Source: Spirochaetota bacterium
Lineage (GTDB): Bacteria > Spirochaetota > UBA4802 > JAFGDQ01
Direction: 5' to 3'
Assembly: GCA_043803405.1 (NCBI GenBank)
Contig: JAZDKB010000009.1
Location: 85,383-149,382, forward strand
Length of the DNA stretch: 64,000 nt
The stretch's first letter is position 1; each line of letters starts with the position of its first letter. This document shows, piece after piece, positions 27,843-38,027 of this stretch. The notes below the pieces were generated by a model, which saw only the letters and a list, made by a program, of their open reading frames with translations, did no database searches and was not told where the DNA came from. Made by a program: the position numbers and the translations under genes.

Positions 27843-28844
27843 CTATCTGTTCAGTTTTGCAAATATCATTCTTCCTGCAGTGGTCTGGAGAACGGAAGTG
27901 ACTTCAAGTTCAACTTCCTTATTTAGCATTTTTCTGCCGTTTTCAACAACCACCATTGTACCGTCATCCAGGTATCCGATCGCCTGGCTCTGGTCTTTTC
28001 CTTCTTTAACAAGAGCGACTTTCACTTTCTCGCCCGGCAGCATAATCGGCCTGAGAGAATTAGAAAGCTCGTTTATATTTAAGACAGGCACGCCATGAAC
28101 CTCGGCAACTTTATTTAGATTAAAATCGTTTGTGATAAGTTTTGCTTTCATATCGCCAGCAAGTTTTACCAGCTTATCATCCACTTCATTAATTTCAGGA
28201 TAATCAACATCCGTAATCTTGACCATAATTACCTTGTCTTTCTGCATTTTATTCAGGATGTCAAGCCCTCTTCTTCCCCTGTTACGTTTGATTGAATCTT
28301 TGGAATCGGCCACCATCTGAAGTTCATTAATAACAAAGTGCGGTACTACAAGAATGCCTTCTATAAAACCTGTGTCGCAAATATCGAAAATTCTTCCGTC
28401 GATTATTGTGCTTGTATCCACGATTTTATAAGAGATATTTCCATCGCTCATCTTCTCCGTTTTCTCAGGCATGATTTTGTTTATAATCGCGAGATCTTCA
28501 TTATGAATGACAAAAAATATCATCACTGAAAAAGTAATAATATGATATATAACCGCTTTTATTGTATTGAACTGCACATCATCTACAGGTAAAGAAATCA
28601 ATGATATTCCCAGAATTACAAGATGGGCAAGGATAAGCCCAAGCATTAATCCGAATATAGCGGATAAAATATTCCTCGATGACAGGGAATGGGACAGATA
28701 TTCAATAAGGACTATTATCACAAAGGAAATAACTCCTGTAACGCCAACTGAAATTATCTTTGTCATTAATGAAGAATCAAAATTATATATAAATGCTATG
28801 CTCATTGTAATTAGGATAAATAAAACCCTTAATATAATAATCAT
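27843..28844 (-). CDS. Membrane-anchored PIN-TRAM domain protein (YacL-like)
   Basis: Four N-terminal TM helices. PIN core 'YKIVDTSTIIDGRI...ELQMVADS'. C-terminal TRAM-like barrel 'GEKVKVALVKEGKDQSQAIGYLDDGTMVVVENG...LEVTSVLQTTAGRMIFAK'. Confidence 0.8.
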   Translation of the reverse strand: MIIILRVLFILITMSIAFIYNFDSSLMTKIISVGVTGVISFVIIVLIEYLSHSLSSRNILSAIFGLMLGLILAHLVILGISLISLPVDDVQFNTIKAVIYHIITFSVMIFFVIHNEDLAIINKIMPEKTEKMSDGNISYKIVDTSTIIDGRIFDICDTGFIEGILVVPHFVINELQMVADSKDSIKRNRGRRGLDILNKMQKDKVIMVKITDVDYPEINEVDDKLVKLAGDMKAKLITNDFNLNKVAEVHGVPVLNINELSNSLRPIMLPGEKVKVALVKEGKDQSQAIGYLDDGTMVVVENGRKMLNKEVELEVTSVLQTTAGRMIFAKLNR

Positions 28845-28959
28845 AAATACTCCTTTAAAAAAATAATAAATAGTTCTTGAGGTGAATTAAATATAAATAA
28901 GCTTGTGAAAAACAGTTAAAATCAAGAAGCCTGTTTTATGTTTTATCAATAGGGGTCAA

Positions 28960-29442
28960 TTAAGTGGTCGAGAGCGCATCGGAAACCAGGTTGCCGGAAT
29001 CTTCTATTTCAACATCCTTTGCGTATGCGATCTCGTAAATAATAAACTGATAAGCATTCTCGTAAAGCTTTCTTTCCATTATCGATAAGTCCTTTTCTTT
29101 TCCGCGCTGGTATAAATCCCGTAAAACCTCTGCGACTTTGAGTATTGATCCGCTTTTAACCTTATCAATATTATTCTGATACCTTATTTTCCAGTCTTCT
29201 TCGGTTATTTGATTGGTCTTTTTAAGAACGCTTAATACTTTACTGATTTCTTTTTTCTGAATAATGCCCCTGATACCTATTGAATCCGCATTTTTAACAG
29301 GAATCATGACTTTCATCCCGCTATTGACAATTGTAATTATATAATAATCATCCTTCTTGTTAAGAACAGTTTTTTTCTCTATTGCTTCTATTACGCCTAT
29401 CCCGTGCATCGGATAAACTATTTTATCGCCAACTTTATACAT
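28960..29442 (-). CDS. carD: CarD/CdnL-family RNA polymerase-binding transcription factor
   Basis: 'MYKVGDKIVYPMHGIGVIEAIEKK' is the typical CarD_CdnL_TRCF N-terminal Tudor-like domain. 160 aa. Confidence 0.88.
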   Translation of the reverse strand: MYKVGDKIVYPMHGIGVIEAIEKKTVLNKKDDYYIITIVNSGMKVMIPVKNADSIGIRGIIQKKEISKVLSVLKKTNQITEEDWKIRYQNNIDKVKSGSILKVAEVLRDLYQRGKEKDLSIMERKLYENAYQFIIYEIAYAKDVEIEDSGNLVSDALSTT

Positions 29443-29577
29443 TTTAAACTCCTGAAGGATGAAAAACTCTCAATTAAGGCGCACCTTAAAATCCGAAAAA
29501 GCAAGTAAAAAAACATCTTTTAAGACACATTCTTATCAAATACACAAATATTATTGAATTTCAACAACTATTTTTAA

Positions 29578-31935
29578 TTATTGATTATTAATCTTTACTC
29601 CTTCTTTCTCTACATATCTGTCCAGAAGAGATTTTACCTGCAAATGTTTGCCGGAACATGTTTCCGTGGGACCTCCGCCCTGTATCATGTACTCTACGTG
29701 TGTTTCAGCGCACAGAGGCGAAGGTAAAAGGCCGGTAAACGAACATACTTCCGCCGAATATACGCCCTGCGGCGGGGGACTAAAATTCCTTCCGTCTTTA
29801 AGGCTTATGCTTTTCATATAATTCGCCCATATCGGAGCAGCCGCAACTGCCCCGGCCTGATGTTTGCCTAAAGTCATAAACGGTTTGTCGTAGCCGATCC
29901 AAACAACAGCAGCCAGATCCGGTGTGAAACCGCAAAACCACGCGTCTGTCCAGTTTGTGGTTGTTCCTGTCTTGCCTGCGCAGGGTTTGGTAAACTGGGC
30001 ATTCTTTCTGACAGCTGCATAAGCTGTACCGCCGTTTACGACCGACTGCATAAGAGACGTCATTATAAACGCGACATCTTCCGGTATTATATGGATTGTT
30101 CCGTTAAGCTCCATTTCTGCAATAATATTGCCGACATCCTCTTCGGTATTATCGAGTTCATTGCCGTCCCTGTCAGTTACGTATCTCACGGCAAAAGGGA
30201 TCACTTCTTTACCGTTATTTGCATAGATCGCATAGCCCCTTGCCATTTCTAGCGGTGTTAATCCGCAGACGCCCAGCGCAAGGGACGGTGTCGGGGTAAA
30301 TCTCGATTCCGGCACCCTTAAAACTTTTCTGGCGTAATCTATTATTACATCAGGGCCTATTATGTCGAATATTCTTACAGAGATAACATTTATTGAAAGC
30401 GCAAGAGCGGTTCTTAATTTAACGAAGCCCGAAAAGCTGTCCTTATAGTTTCCGGGGCTCCATGTTTCCCCTGACTCATCAATATTCAGAATAGGAGAAT
30501 CGGGCAGCGTTGTGGCTGCGTTTATCAGCTTCGATTCGATTCCAGAGCCGTAAACAAAAGGCTTAAACGCTGACCCTACCTGTCTCTTTGCCTGTGCCGC
30601 CCTGTTGTACTGGTTATCCACGCTGAAACCTGACCCGCCTACCATGGTCGTTATATGCCCGGTAGCCGGCTCTATTGCGACAAAAGCGCCTTCAACCTTT
30701 AAGGCTGAAGATATGTCCGTGCCCGCAGAACGGTATCTCTCGAGCGCTTTACTGCATTTTCCCGAGTCCGCCATAAGGCTCAGAATGTCGATGTCGTCTA
30801 CTGCGTCGTCTATCATTATTTTATTAAAATACGATTCAATATCATTTTTTCTTTTTATAAGAGGAAGATCGAATATGTTCCCGAGAGAATCGTATATACG
30901 GAAAAGCTCTTTATCAACTGCCAGGTTGGTATATTTATTCGATGTTGACGAAATTTCGTTTTGTGCTTTCAGCCCGTCCGTAACAAATTTTTGCGCGAGT
31001 CTCTGATTCTTCAGATTCAGCGTTGTATAAACGCAAAGCCCTTCATTGTAAACTGTGTCTTTACCGAATTTCGAAAGCAGTACCTGCCTTACATAATCTG
31101 TAAAGTATGGCGCGTTGTCAATGTTGCCGGTATTCGCGGTCCTTGTCGGAAAGTCATCCATAATCGAATCGATAAACGCGGGCCAGAATTCATTGTAAAT
31201 TTTTTCCGCCTTTTCCTCAGTAAGAAAACCGGCATTTATCATTCTGTTTAATGTATCCCTGTTCTTTTCGTAAGCATTTCGTGGATTCTGGAACGGAGAA
31301 TATTTTCTTGGCGCAGAAGGCAAAGCCGCAATTATAGAGCTTTCCATTACGTTTAAATCTTTGACTTCTTTATTAAAAAATAACCTCGCAGCAGAGGCTA
31401 TACCGTAACATCCGTGGCCCAGATATATCTGGTTAAAATACATTTCAAGAATCTCTTCTTTGGAAAATTTCTTTTCTATCTGAAGAGCGAGTACTGCTTC
31501 CATTGCCTTCCTGAAAAGAGTCCTTTCGCCGCCTGTGAACAGGCGCTTGGCAAGCTGCTGCGTAATGGTCGAGCCTCCCTGCACTACTCTGCCTGCTGCC
31601 AGGTTTTTAAAGAATGCCCTGATAATGGCTGAAGGATTTAATCCGATATGCCTGTAAAAATCCCTGTCCTCTGCCGCCAAAAATGCGTTTATCAGACTTT
31701 TAGGGAGTTCTTCGAAAGAGATGAGTTCCCGCTTCTCCTGGAACAGTTCAGCAATAAGCTCCCCGTTGACATCATAAAGCTTTGTCGGCAGGCTCGGCTG
31801 GAACTGCCTGAGGTTATTGATGCCGGAAAAATGCCTCATCTGGGAAACGACATAACCGAACATTATGCCGCCGATCAATGAAAAGCTTATTATTGAAATG
31901 AACGCTATTCTTTCGAATTTTGATTTGAATTCCAT
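29578..31935 (-). CDS. mrcA: Class A penicillin-binding protein (PBP1A-type glycosyltransferase/transpeptidase)
   Basis: GT51 motifs 'EDRDFYRHIG' and 'GGSTITQQLAK'. Transpeptidase motifs 'GSAFKPF' (SxxK) and 'AGKTGTT' (KTG). Confidence 0.92.
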   Translation of the reverse strand: MEFKSKFERIAFISIISFSLIGGIMFGYVVSQMRHFSGINNLRQFQPSLPTKLYDVNGELIAELFQEKRELISFEELPKSLINAFLAAEDRDFYRHIGLNPSAIIRAFFKNLAAGRVVQGGSTITQQLAKRLFTGGERTLFRKAMEAVLALQIEKKFSKEEILEMYFNQIYLGHGCYGIASAARLFFNKEVKDLNVMESSIIAALPSAPRKYSPFQNPRNAYEKNRDTLNRMINAGFLTEEKAEKIYNEFWPAFIDSIMDDFPTRTANTGNIDNAPYFTDYVRQVLLSKFGKDTVYNEGLCVYTTLNLKNQRLAQKFVTDGLKAQNEISSTSNKYTNLAVDKELFRIYDSLGNIFDLPLIKRKNDIESYFNKIMIDDAVDDIDILSLMADSGKCSKALERYRSAGTDISSALKVEGAFVAIEPATGHITTMVGGSGFSVDNQYNRAAQAKRQVGSAFKPFVYGSGIESKLINAATTLPDSPILNIDESGETWSPGNYKDSFSGFVKLRTALALSINVISVRIFDIIGPDVIIDYARKVLRVPESRFTPTPSLALGVCGLTPLEMARGYAIYANNGKEVIPFAVRYVTDRDGNELDNTEEDVGNIIAEMELNGTIHIIPEDVAFIMTSLMQSVVNGGTAYAAVRKNAQFTKPCAGKTGTTTNWTDAWFCGFTPDLAAVVWIGYDKPFMTLGKHQAGAVAAAPIWANYMKSISLKDGRNFSPPPQGVYSAEVCSFTGLLPSPLCAETHVEYMIQGGGPTETCSGKHLQVKSLLDRYVEKEGVKINNQ

Positions 31936-31945
31936 TCAGTATTTC

Positions 31946-33094
31946 TTATGGTCTCTCTGCTACGGTAATAAAGAGATTAATTGTTTGTTTATTTCTGACA
32001 ACCTGAATCTTCAGCGTTTTGCCTATAGGCATCTTACCGATAATATCAAGAAGATCCCCGTAGTTCTCAATTTTCTTATCATCAATAATAGTGATCAGGT
32101 CACCTACTGTTAAGCCGCCTTTGGCTGCCGGGCTTTTCTCAACTACAGCTCCTACAAGCGCCCCTTTGTTGTCCTTAAGCCCAAGCTCGCGGGCATACTC
32201 TTCAGTTAATGGCACGATCTGCACTCCAATATATCCTCTCTTGACTTTCTTGTTAACTTTAAGCTGTTCAAGAATCGATTTTGCGGTATTCATCGGGATA
32301 GCAAAGCCTATTCCAATATTTCCGCCTGTCTGTGAATATATCATGCGGTTAATGCCAATAACTTCGCCCTTTATGTTGATAAGCGGCCCGCCGGAGTTGC
32401 CCGGATTGATCGAAGCGTCTGTCTGTATCAGCGACAGAGAGCTGCCCATCATGTCTACATCGTGCCTTCCTGTTGCGCTTACAACCCCGACTGTGAATGT
32501 TTTATCCAGCCCGAATGGATTACCTATGGCTATTGCCCAGTCGCCGACTTTAACCTTATCCGAATTGCCGAGATACGCGGATTTAAGGTCGCCGCCTGCT
32601 TTTATCTTGATCAGCGCAATATCCGTAGGCTCATCAGAACCTATTACAACTGCGTCATAGGTCTTGTTTTCTATCTTAACAGTAACCTTATCCACTCCCT
32701 GAATTACATGATGGTTTGTGCATATATAGCCGTCGCTGGAAATTATAAAACCTGTTCCAAGACCTGTGCGTTTTTGTGTCTTTGGAGCCTGTCTCTGGTT
32801 AGGGCCTCCGAAGAACTCCCTGAAGAACGGATCATTGAAGAACGGATTCGGCTGAACTTTCACAGTCTGTTCAGTGCTTATAAACACAACTCTTTCTTTA
32901 TATAGTTCATAAATTTCCCTGAAAATATCCTGAATTTCGAGGGCTTTTACAGTGCCGGATTTATTTACAAGAGGCGACTCTTTTGTTTCCCCAAGCAGAG
33001 GCACTTCATTCTGCGAGCAGGAAAAATTATACAAAGATAATACAATAAAACATCCAACTATAACCGGAATAAAATATTTAATTTTTGTTTTCAT
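31946..33094 (-). CDS. htrA: HtrA/DegP-family serine protease with one PDZ domain
   Basis: Signal peptide. Catalytic triad contexts 'TNHHV', 'TDIALIK', 'GNSGGPL'. C-terminal PDZ 'GALVGAVVEKSPAAKGGLTVGDLI'. Confidence 0.9.
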   Translation of the reverse strand: MKTKIKYFIPVIVGCFIVLSLYNFSCSQNEVPLLGETKESPLVNKSGTVKALEIQDIFREIYELYKERVVFISTEQTVKVQPNPFFNDPFFREFFGGPNQRQAPKTQKRTGLGTGFIISSDGYICTNHHVIQGVDKVTVKIENKTYDAVVIGSDEPTDIALIKIKAGGDLKSAYLGNSDKVKVGDWAIAIGNPFGLDKTFTVGVVSATGRHDVDMMGSSLSLIQTDASINPGNSGGPLINIKGEVIGINRMIYSQTGGNIGIGFAIPMNTAKSILEQLKVNKKVKRGYIGVQIVPLTEEYARELGLKDNKGALVGAVVEKSPAAKGGLTVGDLITIIDDKKIENYGDLLDIIGKMPIGKTLKIQVVRNKQTINLFITVAERP

Positions 33095-33152
33095 TATGAT
33101 ACCCCTGAGAAATAATATTACAGAAACACATAAGACTAAAAAAACCTTACAG

Positions 33153-34715
33153 TCAACTAAATTTCTTGAAGAGTTTAACGGCTAAATTTTTAATTGTTAC
33201 AACCTCGTGAACCCTGAGCAGAAAGCATGTAACGAAATAAACCGCTATCCCGGTAATGACTATTATTACAAGAAAAATCATTCTTTTAACAAACGGGTCA
33301 TTTGCCCAGTCCACAAATCCGGCTATTAACGAAATTGAAACTGCCATTACAATGCCGGCAAGAACGAATTTCAATACCGGCAGCATGAACTGCCCGAATC
33401 CGATATGCCCTATTTTTTTTTGTAAGATGTAAACCAGTATTAGCATTTGAACTGTAGATGCTATCGAAAGTCCCAGCGTAAGGCCGCCGTGTTTAAGCGC
33501 TGTCTGCATAAGAAAAAATCCTGAACCTATGTTTACAAAAAAAGATAAGAGCGATGTATACACAGGCGTCTTAGTATCCTTCAATGAATAATAAGCGGGA
33601 ACTGTTATGCGCAGGATGGAGATCGAAGGGATGCCGATGCTCGCGTAAAACAGCGCTTTGTAAGTCATGTCCACATCATAAAAGCTGAAATTGCCTCTCT
33701 TGAACAGAACGGAAATAATCGGGAGCCCCGCGTACATTAGCGCGATCGCAGCCGGAATGCTGATGAGCAGCACAGCTTTTACGGATGATAAGTACAGGTC
33801 GCGTATTTTGCTCATATCGCCGGCCGCCGCAAAGCCGGAAAGCTCCGGCAGAAGCACATTGCCGAGCGATACTACGAACACTCCGAGAACTACCTCGGTC
33901 AGCCTGTCCGAATAGAACAGCCAGCTAATGCTGCCTCCGGGAAGCGTGGACGCAAGCATTGTGCTCATTATAATATTTATCTGGTATATTGCGATCCCGA
34001 AAAGCGCGGGAGCCATCATCTTGAATATCTTTCTTATCCCAGGATGATTGAGATCCAGTGAAAATTTCATTTTAAAACCGGCTCTTATCATATACGGGAT
34101 CTGCAGAATGAGCTGCATTACACCACCCAGCAGTATCCCGATTGCAAGGCCGTAGAGCGGCTTGTCGAAAAACCTGCTTAAAAATAACGCGCCGAATATA
34201 TTGCCCACATTAAAAAGCACGGGCGAGAAAGACGGCCCGAAAAAATACTTGTGCGAATTAAGGTAACCCATGGCAAATGATACAAGGCTTATCAGAAACA
34301 GATAGGGGAACATCAACCTGTTTAGGCCGATTGTAAGCGATATTTGTTCGGCGTTTGTAAACCCGTATCCGAAAAGACGGACGATCTCCGGTGAAAATAT
34401 CATGCCAAGGCTGACTATTAAAAAAACGAATACGGACAGGGCCGATAAGGTCTTCTGTGCGAGTTCCAGCGCCTCGCTGCGTTCCTTTGTCATCAGGTAT
34501 TCGGTGTAAACCGGGACAAAAGAGATGGTAAGACAGCCTTCCGCAACAAACCTGCGGAAGAGATTAGGGATGCGGAATGCTACGTAAAAGCCGTCCACAA
34601 GGGCGTTTGCCCCGAATACGCTGCTTATTACAATGTCCCTTATAAGCCCCATTATGCGGCTAAGCAAAGTAAAAAAAGCGACAACACCTGTTGATTTTAA
34701 AATCGATTTGTCCAT
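33153..34715 (-). CDS. murJ: Lipid II flippase MurJ
   Basis: N-terminus 'LSRIMGLIRDIVISSVFGANALVDGFYVAFRIPNLFRRFVAEG' is the MurJ/MviN signature. About 14 TM segments, 520 aa. Confidence 0.9.
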   Translation of the reverse strand: MDKSILKSTGVVAFFTLLSRIMGLIRDIVISSVFGANALVDGFYVAFRIPNLFRRFVAEGCLTISFVPVYTEYLMTKERSEALELAQKTLSALSVFVFLIVSLGMIFSPEIVRLFGYGFTNAEQISLTIGLNRLMFPYLFLISLVSFAMGYLNSHKYFFGPSFSPVLFNVGNIFGALFLSRFFDKPLYGLAIGILLGGVMQLILQIPYMIRAGFKMKFSLDLNHPGIRKIFKMMAPALFGIAIYQINIIMSTMLASTLPGGSISWLFYSDRLTEVVLGVFVVSLGNVLLPELSGFAAAGDMSKIRDLYLSSVKAVLLISIPAAIALMYAGLPIISVLFKRGNFSFYDVDMTYKALFYASIGIPSISILRITVPAYYSLKDTKTPVYTSLLSFFVNIGSGFFLMQTALKHGGLTLGLSIASTVQMLILVYILQKKIGHIGFGQFMLPVLKFVLAGIVMAVSISLIAGFVDWANDPFVKRMIFLVIIVITGIAVYFVTCFLLRVHEVVTIKNLAVKLFKKFS

Positions 34716-34763
34716 TCTGTTTTATCTTTTTGTATAATAATTACCGGTTTTTCACTTCTGGAT

Positions 34764-34870
34764 ATGGGGGATTCTTTCCCCCAAGTATGAGGGCTCTTTT
34801 CCCTAACACGGGGACAGTTTCCCCAAAAACGGGGATGCTTCCCCCAACATGGGAATAATTGCCCCATAAT
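34764..34870. repeat. Array of five tandem G3-5/C3-5 mini-hairpins, period 20-23 nt
   Basis: Units: 'atgggggattctttcccccaagt', 'atgagggctcttttccctaacac', 'ggggacagtttccccaaaaac', 'ggggatgcttcccccaacat', 'gggaataattgccccataat'. The array starts 12 nt from the acyl-CoA dehydrogenase stop and ends about 50 nt before the murJ start. Confidence 0.8.
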
Positions 34871-34881
34871 ATATTATTATT

Positions 34882-36825
34882 CTATACTTCCGGAGAGCCT
34901 GTAAACGCAGCCGGAACGGCTTCAACTACTGCGGTTTCCCCTTTAAGAATGCAATCAATTTTTCCGAAAAATTTTGGGAATTCCGCGCCGATGAAAAACT
35001 GCGAAGAGAGCACCTTGCCGTAATAAAAAGCTGCTTCAGCATTATTGTTGATAATTTTCTGCAGCTCTTCGCCCTTTGCTTTTCCGGTAAGCTGTTTAAG
35101 TTTTGGAAGCGATATAGAGAGGCTCCACAGGTGAAGCCATGCGAGAACCATCATAAACATAGATTGCAGGAAAGGAACGGCATTAACTGCCGGCGGGAGA
35201 GACACTAAAGATGCAAGATCAACGCGTCTGCGCAATATCTTATTAAATAAAACAAAAATCATGAATTTTATATTCTTTTGTTTATTTAAATAGTATAATG
35301 CTTTATCAAGCTTTCTAAGGCCGGATCTTACAGCTTTTATATATTTTGCTTCAACAATTCCTTTTGAATTTGAAATTGTTTCTTTTACTTTTTTTCTCCA
35401 GACTTTGTAATCGTATTGTCTTTTGTTGAATATTATTTTTCTGAAAATAAGATCCATTGCCTGGATGCCGTTCGTGCCTTCGTAGATCGAAAATATTTTG
35501 CAGTCGCGTGCGAACTGCTCAACAGGATATTCGGATATATAGCCGTAGCCTCCGTATACTTGTATGGCTTCGGCCGTTATCCGCCACGACATATCGGATA
35601 TCCCTGCCTTGATGAGCGGGGTGAGTATCTCGATAAGTCCCTTTGCATAGCGGGCATCCCTGTTATCGAACATCTGGGCAGTATCCATGCATGAAGATGT
35701 AAAGTACGCCAGCATTCTCATTCCTTCAACATAGGACTTCATCCATAACAGCATTCTCTTTACATCGGGATGTTCTATTATATAAACTGCATGAGCGTCC
35801 GGTTTCATCATTTGCGAAATATGAACGCCCTGCTTACGTGTCTTCGCGTAAGCAACAGCGTGCATGTATGCCATGCTCGACTGCCCCAGAGCCTGCATCC
35901 CTGTGCTTATTCGCGCATGATTCATAAGAAAGAACATGCATTTTATCCCTTTCTGTTCCTCACCCAGCAGGTATCCGACACATTTGCCGTTTTCTCCGAA
36001 GTTTAGCGTTGCAGTTGAACTGCTTTTAATACCCATTTTATGTTCTATACCGCAGCATATAACATCATTTCTTTCTCCACGTGAGCCGTCCGGGTTCACT
36101 ATGTATTTTGGGACAATAAATAAAGACAGTCCCTTGGTGCCGACAGGATGGCCTTCGATCCGGGCAAGAACAGCATGAATAATATTCCCCGTAATGTCAT
36201 GTTCGCCTGATGAGATAAATATTTTCTGGCCTGTTAAGAGGTATGTGCCGTCCGGCTGTTTTACTGCCTTGGTTTTAATATTGCCGACATCCGAACCTGC
36301 CTCAGGTTCAGTGAGGCACATAGTGCCGCTGAATTCTCCGTTATGCATTTTATCAACGAACATTTTTTTTTGCTCATCAGTGCCGAACTCCCTGATAAGC
36401 GCAGCAGCACCGTGCGTTAATCCGAGATACATAAATGCGGAAGTGTTTCCGCTGACAAAATATTCGTCGCATGCCGTAGAGATAACTTCCGGCATACCCA
36501 TGCCTCCCTCTTCCATGCCGATTCTTAACTTGAAAAAGCCCGCTTCTTTAAACGCTTTCCAGCACGCTTTTACGGATTCCGGCACTTTTACTTCGCAGGT
36601 TGCGCAATCGTACTTTACCCCGCCCTCTTTATCCCCCGCAGAATTTGAAGGATAAAAAGTATCGACTGCAATCCGCTCAGCAAGCTCCAGCGTTTCATTA
36701 AATATTTCTTTATCAAGATCGGAAAATTTAGGATGCTGAAGCAGCTTCTCGGCATTCAGCATTTCGAACAAAACAAACCTTACATCACGCGAATCAAGCA
36801 ATGGATTATGTGCCATGGAAATCAC
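34882..36825 (-). CDS. Long-form acyl-CoA dehydrogenase (FadE-like, with C-terminal extension)
   Basis: 'MCLTEPEAGSDVG' and 'IYEGTNGIQAMDL' are acyl-CoA dehydrogenase core motifs. 647 aa with an extra C-terminal helical domain. Confidence 0.85.
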   Translation of the reverse strand: MISMAHNPLLDSRDVRFVLFEMLNAEKLLQHPKFSDLDKEIFNETLELAERIAVDTFYPSNSAGDKEGGVKYDCATCEVKVPESVKACWKAFKEAGFFKLRIGMEEGGMGMPEVISTACDEYFVSGNTSAFMYLGLTHGAAALIREFGTDEQKKMFVDKMHNGEFSGTMCLTEPEAGSDVGNIKTKAVKQPDGTYLLTGQKIFISSGEHDITGNIIHAVLARIEGHPVGTKGLSLFIVPKYIVNPDGSRGERNDVICCGIEHKMGIKSSSTATLNFGENGKCVGYLLGEEQKGIKCMFFLMNHARISTGMQALGQSSMAYMHAVAYAKTRKQGVHISQMMKPDAHAVYIIEHPDVKRMLLWMKSYVEGMRMLAYFTSSCMDTAQMFDNRDARYAKGLIEILTPLIKAGISDMSWRITAEAIQVYGGYGYISEYPVEQFARDCKIFSIYEGTNGIQAMDLIFRKIIFNKRQYDYKVWRKKVKETISNSKGIVEAKYIKAVRSGLRKLDKALYYLNKQKNIKFMIFVLFNKILRRRVDLASLVSLPPAVNAVPFLQSMFMMVLAWLHLWSLSISLPKLKQLTGKAKGEELQKIINNNAEAAFYYGKVLSSQFFIGAEFPKFFGKIDCILKGETAVVEAVPAAFTGSPEV

Positions 36826-36968
36826 CTCGTATTTAAAATGATTTACATTTAAATGTTAGCTTAAATAACTGCAAAGTCAATCTGAATTTGAGATGACTGA
36901 TAAATAGTGCATCCGTGTATCGAGACAATAACAATCAATTTTCAGGATAGATTTTAGGACGGCTATTA

Positions 36969-38027
36969 TTACAGAATAAGCATTGCATCGCCATAAGAGA
37001 AAAATCTGCACTTTTCCTGTACAGCAGTCTTATATGCATCCATAATTTTTTCATAGCCTGCAAACGCGGACACAAGCATCAGAAGCGTGGAATACGGTGT
37101 ATGGAAATTTGTGAGCATTGCATCTATGGACGCAACTTTATATGGAGGATAGATAAATATGTCGGTTGTATTGCTTCCGGGCTCATTAATTCCTTTTTTA
37201 AACGAGCTTTCAAGAACCCTGAGGGATGTAGTGCCTACGGCAATAATTCTTCTTTTCTCTTTGCGCGCATTGTTGATTTCGTAAGCTGAATTTTCCGGCA
37301 GATAATAACTCTCGGAGTGCATTTTATGCTTGCTCAGGTCGTTCTCTCTGACAGGCTGAAAAGTCCCCCACGAAACATCCAGGGTTAGCTCTGTAAAAAT
37401 TACGCCTTTCTTTTTCAATACCGCGATCAGTTCGCCGGTGAAATGCAGCCCGGCAGTCGGTGCTGCCGCGGCTGCGCCGTTCTTGGCGTAAACAGTCTGG
37501 TAGCGCTCCCGGTCTATCGCATCCGCTTCTCTTTTTATGTATGGAGGCAGAGGTATAGTGCCTATTTCATTTAATACATTATCGTCAAGATAGATATTCG
37601 ATTCAACCTGGAAAGAATCGTTAATCTTTTTTTCAATATTAATTTCAACCGCGGGATTAATAACAGAACTGAGGACATCGCCAATCTTAAGCTTCTTTGT
37701 TTTATTACTTATTACAAGCCATTTCTTATCGCTTAACCGCTGCGTTAAAACGATCTCGGCAAGGCCTCCGCTTCTGCGCTTAAAAAAAATCCTTGCAGGA
37801 ATAACCTTCGCGTTATTTGCAACAAGGACATCCCCTTCACGGAGGAATTCTTCTATTTCAAAAAATAATTTATGCCGATATCCGGAATCTGACCTGTTTA
37901 AAACAAACAACTTCGATTCGCTTCTCTTTTCGGAAGGATACTGGGCAATAAGCTCTTCGGGCAAATAGAAGTAAAAATCTTCCAGAGAATAAATTCTATC
38001 TGCCGGCATAATCCTTTTGACCGGCAT
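36969..38027 (-). CDS. queA: S-adenosylmethionine:tRNA ribosyltransferase-isomerase
   Basis: 'LEDFYFYLPEELIAQYP', 'IPLPPYIKR', 'APTAGLHFT', 'VGTTSLRVLES', 'FFSYGDAMLI'. Confidence 0.92.
   Translation of the reverse strand: MPVKRIMPADRIYSLEDFYFYLPEELIAQYPSEKRSESKLFVLNRSDSGYRHKLFFEIEEFLREGDVLVANNAKVIPARIFFKRRSGGLAEIVLTQRLSDKKWLVISNKTKKLKIGDVLSSVINPAVEINIEKKINDSFQVESNIYLDDNVLNEIGTIPLPPYIKREADAIDRERYQTVYAKNGAAAAAPTAGLHFTGELIAVLKKKGVIFTELTLDVSWGTFQPVRENDLSKHKMHSESYYLPENSAYEINNARKEKRRIIAVGTTSLRVLESSFKKGINEPGSNTTDIFIYPPYKVASIDAMLTNFHTPYSTLLMLVSAFAGYEKIMDAYKTAVQEKCRFFSYGDAMLIL

Noticed and set aside
34764-34870. Possible CRISPR array; the same question applies to 15136-15282
   Set aside because: The units are contiguous degenerate repeats of 20-23 nt with no unique spacers between them. 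No cas genes are in the window.
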